A stretch of 64,000 nucleotides of DNA from Callorhinchus milii (taxonomy: Eukaryota), in contig NW_024704743.1 of NCBI RefSeq assembly GCF_018977255.1, positions 99,140,001 to 99,204,000 on the forward strand. The letters are read 5' to 3'. Below are positions 62,254 to 64,000 of the stretch, one piece after another; the stretch's first letter is position 1, and each line of letters starts with the position of its first letter. A program made the translations under genes and the position numbers. The notes under the pieces are model-generated. The model was not told where the DNA came from and made no database searches. It saw only the letters and a program-made list of their open reading frames with translations.

Positions 62254-63944
62254 TCTTCTTGGATTTGGGGGGGATATGGCTGCCACAGGAGAACCATATT
62301 ATGATGCTATGAATTAATTGCTAATAAGGCCACATTTTGAATATTGTGTGAAATTTGGGGCAATCAAATAATGTGCTGGGGAATGTTGGGAGAAGGACAA
62401 TCATTGTTTATTGTGAATAAAAAAGGTGTGTGTGACTGAGCGTTCTAGGTTAAGAAGCAACAACTTACAGACTTTCACACAAAATATCAACATGAATACA
62501 TAACAAAACAATTGCTATATTTACTCACAAAAGATCACAAAAGAAGGGTTCAGCCAAAGGAGACCAAATCTGCCCATTTAATCACGATCTCATTGCAGCA
62601 TCAAACTCTTTCTTAAATGAATCCATTCCTGGCACACATCAGAGAGGACAGAATAGAAAGGTTGTAGGAGAGGATTGCAGACTCATGTGGAGTGAAAACA
62701 CCATGCAGGCTAGTTAGGCTAAGTAGCCGATTTTTGTGTTTAACATTCTATTTCATTCTTTGTAATTACAACACAATACAAGTTACATTTATAAAGGAGG
62801 ACATTTCAAAGCATACATAGCACACTTCCCGTGTACCAGAGTGCAACCACACTATAATCAGACCTGCGCTTTACCAAAGTGCTTTATAATAGGGGTTGAC
62901 TGTACTGTACACGGTTTAAGTCAATACATTCATATGTGTAACAAGGACAAATTCTTGCAAAACTTCCAAATGTGTTTATTAGAAGTAAAAGTTCCATTAG
63001 TTGTTTTCTTTTCATTTTTAATGTATTATATTTTGTTCCCCTCTTGAGGTTTCTATACCATTACCCAGACAAGAGGACAAGCAGTTAATCTATTGCCAGG
63101 CATCGAATATTGCCGCTGTGCAACTGGTTTCTAAGGAATGCATAAAGCCAGCACAGGGTGAAGCGCTCTACGATTTTCACAACCCGCCAGTGCAGAGGGG
63201 CTGAACTTCCACTGAAACTCAGCCTGACAACAAAGCACAAATAGCAACTCACTGGGTGGAGATTCATAGGGACAAACCTTCAATGGACCACTTCATGGCA
63301 TAGTACGACAGAGGGCCAATCTCTGTTCCTTACTGCTGCGTGCAGTGCCTCATCAGTAATATCACCTTCCTGAATTAAATCATTAACTTTCGCTGTTTTC
63401 CCCTTTTATTCCTTTCCCTTGATGCTCAGTCAGAGGTGATCAATTCAAGTGACATTATTCAACTGAAATGTCCATGCAATGACTGGGAGAAGGTCAGAAC
63501 CACATCTGGAACCTGCAAGTAGTCAGGCTCCGTTTGCTTTAGTTATGAGATAAGACTCCCCTGCTTTGAAACTTCACACTGTGATGTCAGTACTACACAT
63601 CTGCACTGTTTTAGACGTTGTAATTTATACAATATGTGTAGCCCAGAGTAGCATGCAATGCACATGCTTGTTTCCTTTTATATGTGAGTTGTAAGATTCA
63701 TTTCATAAACGGGAGATACTAACTGCATGTACCACAACTATTGTCTGTTTACAACTGTAAATTCCTTCTCCTTTGAAATGTGTTAAATGATTTTAAATCA
63801 AGTTAAACTTAAACCCAATAAGATAATAGAGTGAAGTAAAAATTGAAAACATTTGAAAAATCTATTTGGAAAATCAAACTGTATTCTTGCATTTGTAGCA
63901 GTTCACAGTGTTAAATCTTTGAATCACAGCAAATTAAATTAAAA

Positions 63945-64000
63945 AAAATAAAACATTTAGTCAGTCGGGTGTCTGACACATGTGGAAACCCATCACCGTG
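63945..64000 (-). repeat. 3' end of another copy of the unclassified repeat, cut by the window edge
   Basis: Reverse complement cacggtgatgggtttccacatgtgtcagacacccgactgactaaa matches 7033-7080. Confidence 0.65.

Overview
Eukaryotic, intron-rich vertebrate DNA. The repeat content (DeuSINEs, CR1, L2, Penelope-type tail) points to a cartilaginous fish; this is an inference. Two host genes lie on the minus strand. (1) The 5' end of an ABHD3-like phospholipase gene, whose first coding exon occurs as two tandem copies (3417-3578 and 5685-5840). Both keep an open frame and a phase-0 donor, and each has a CTCF-like motif upstream. (2) Most of a collectin-12 (COLEC12/SRCL)-like scavenger receptor gene: the TM exon at 44.8 kb, coiled-coil, collagen and three C-type lectin exons, and a probable terminal exon at about 17.9 kb. 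Exons 1-2 were not found and probably lie beyond 64 kb. The first lectin exon is 1 nt short, a frameshift that would delete the lectin domain if real. A candidate 21-nt in-frame microexon lies at 60372-60392. The rest is mostly retroelements: a near-full-length CR1 with nested L2 and SINE insertions, a young L2 family with a shared C-terminal frameshift, a tRNA-Ala-headed SINE sharing the L2 3' stem-loop, a decayed Penelope-type hammerhead ribozyme and an unclassified ~350-bp repeat. Most ORFs in the supplied track are spurious or TE-derived. Comparisons to human proteins are from memory, not from a search, and TE boundaries are approximate.
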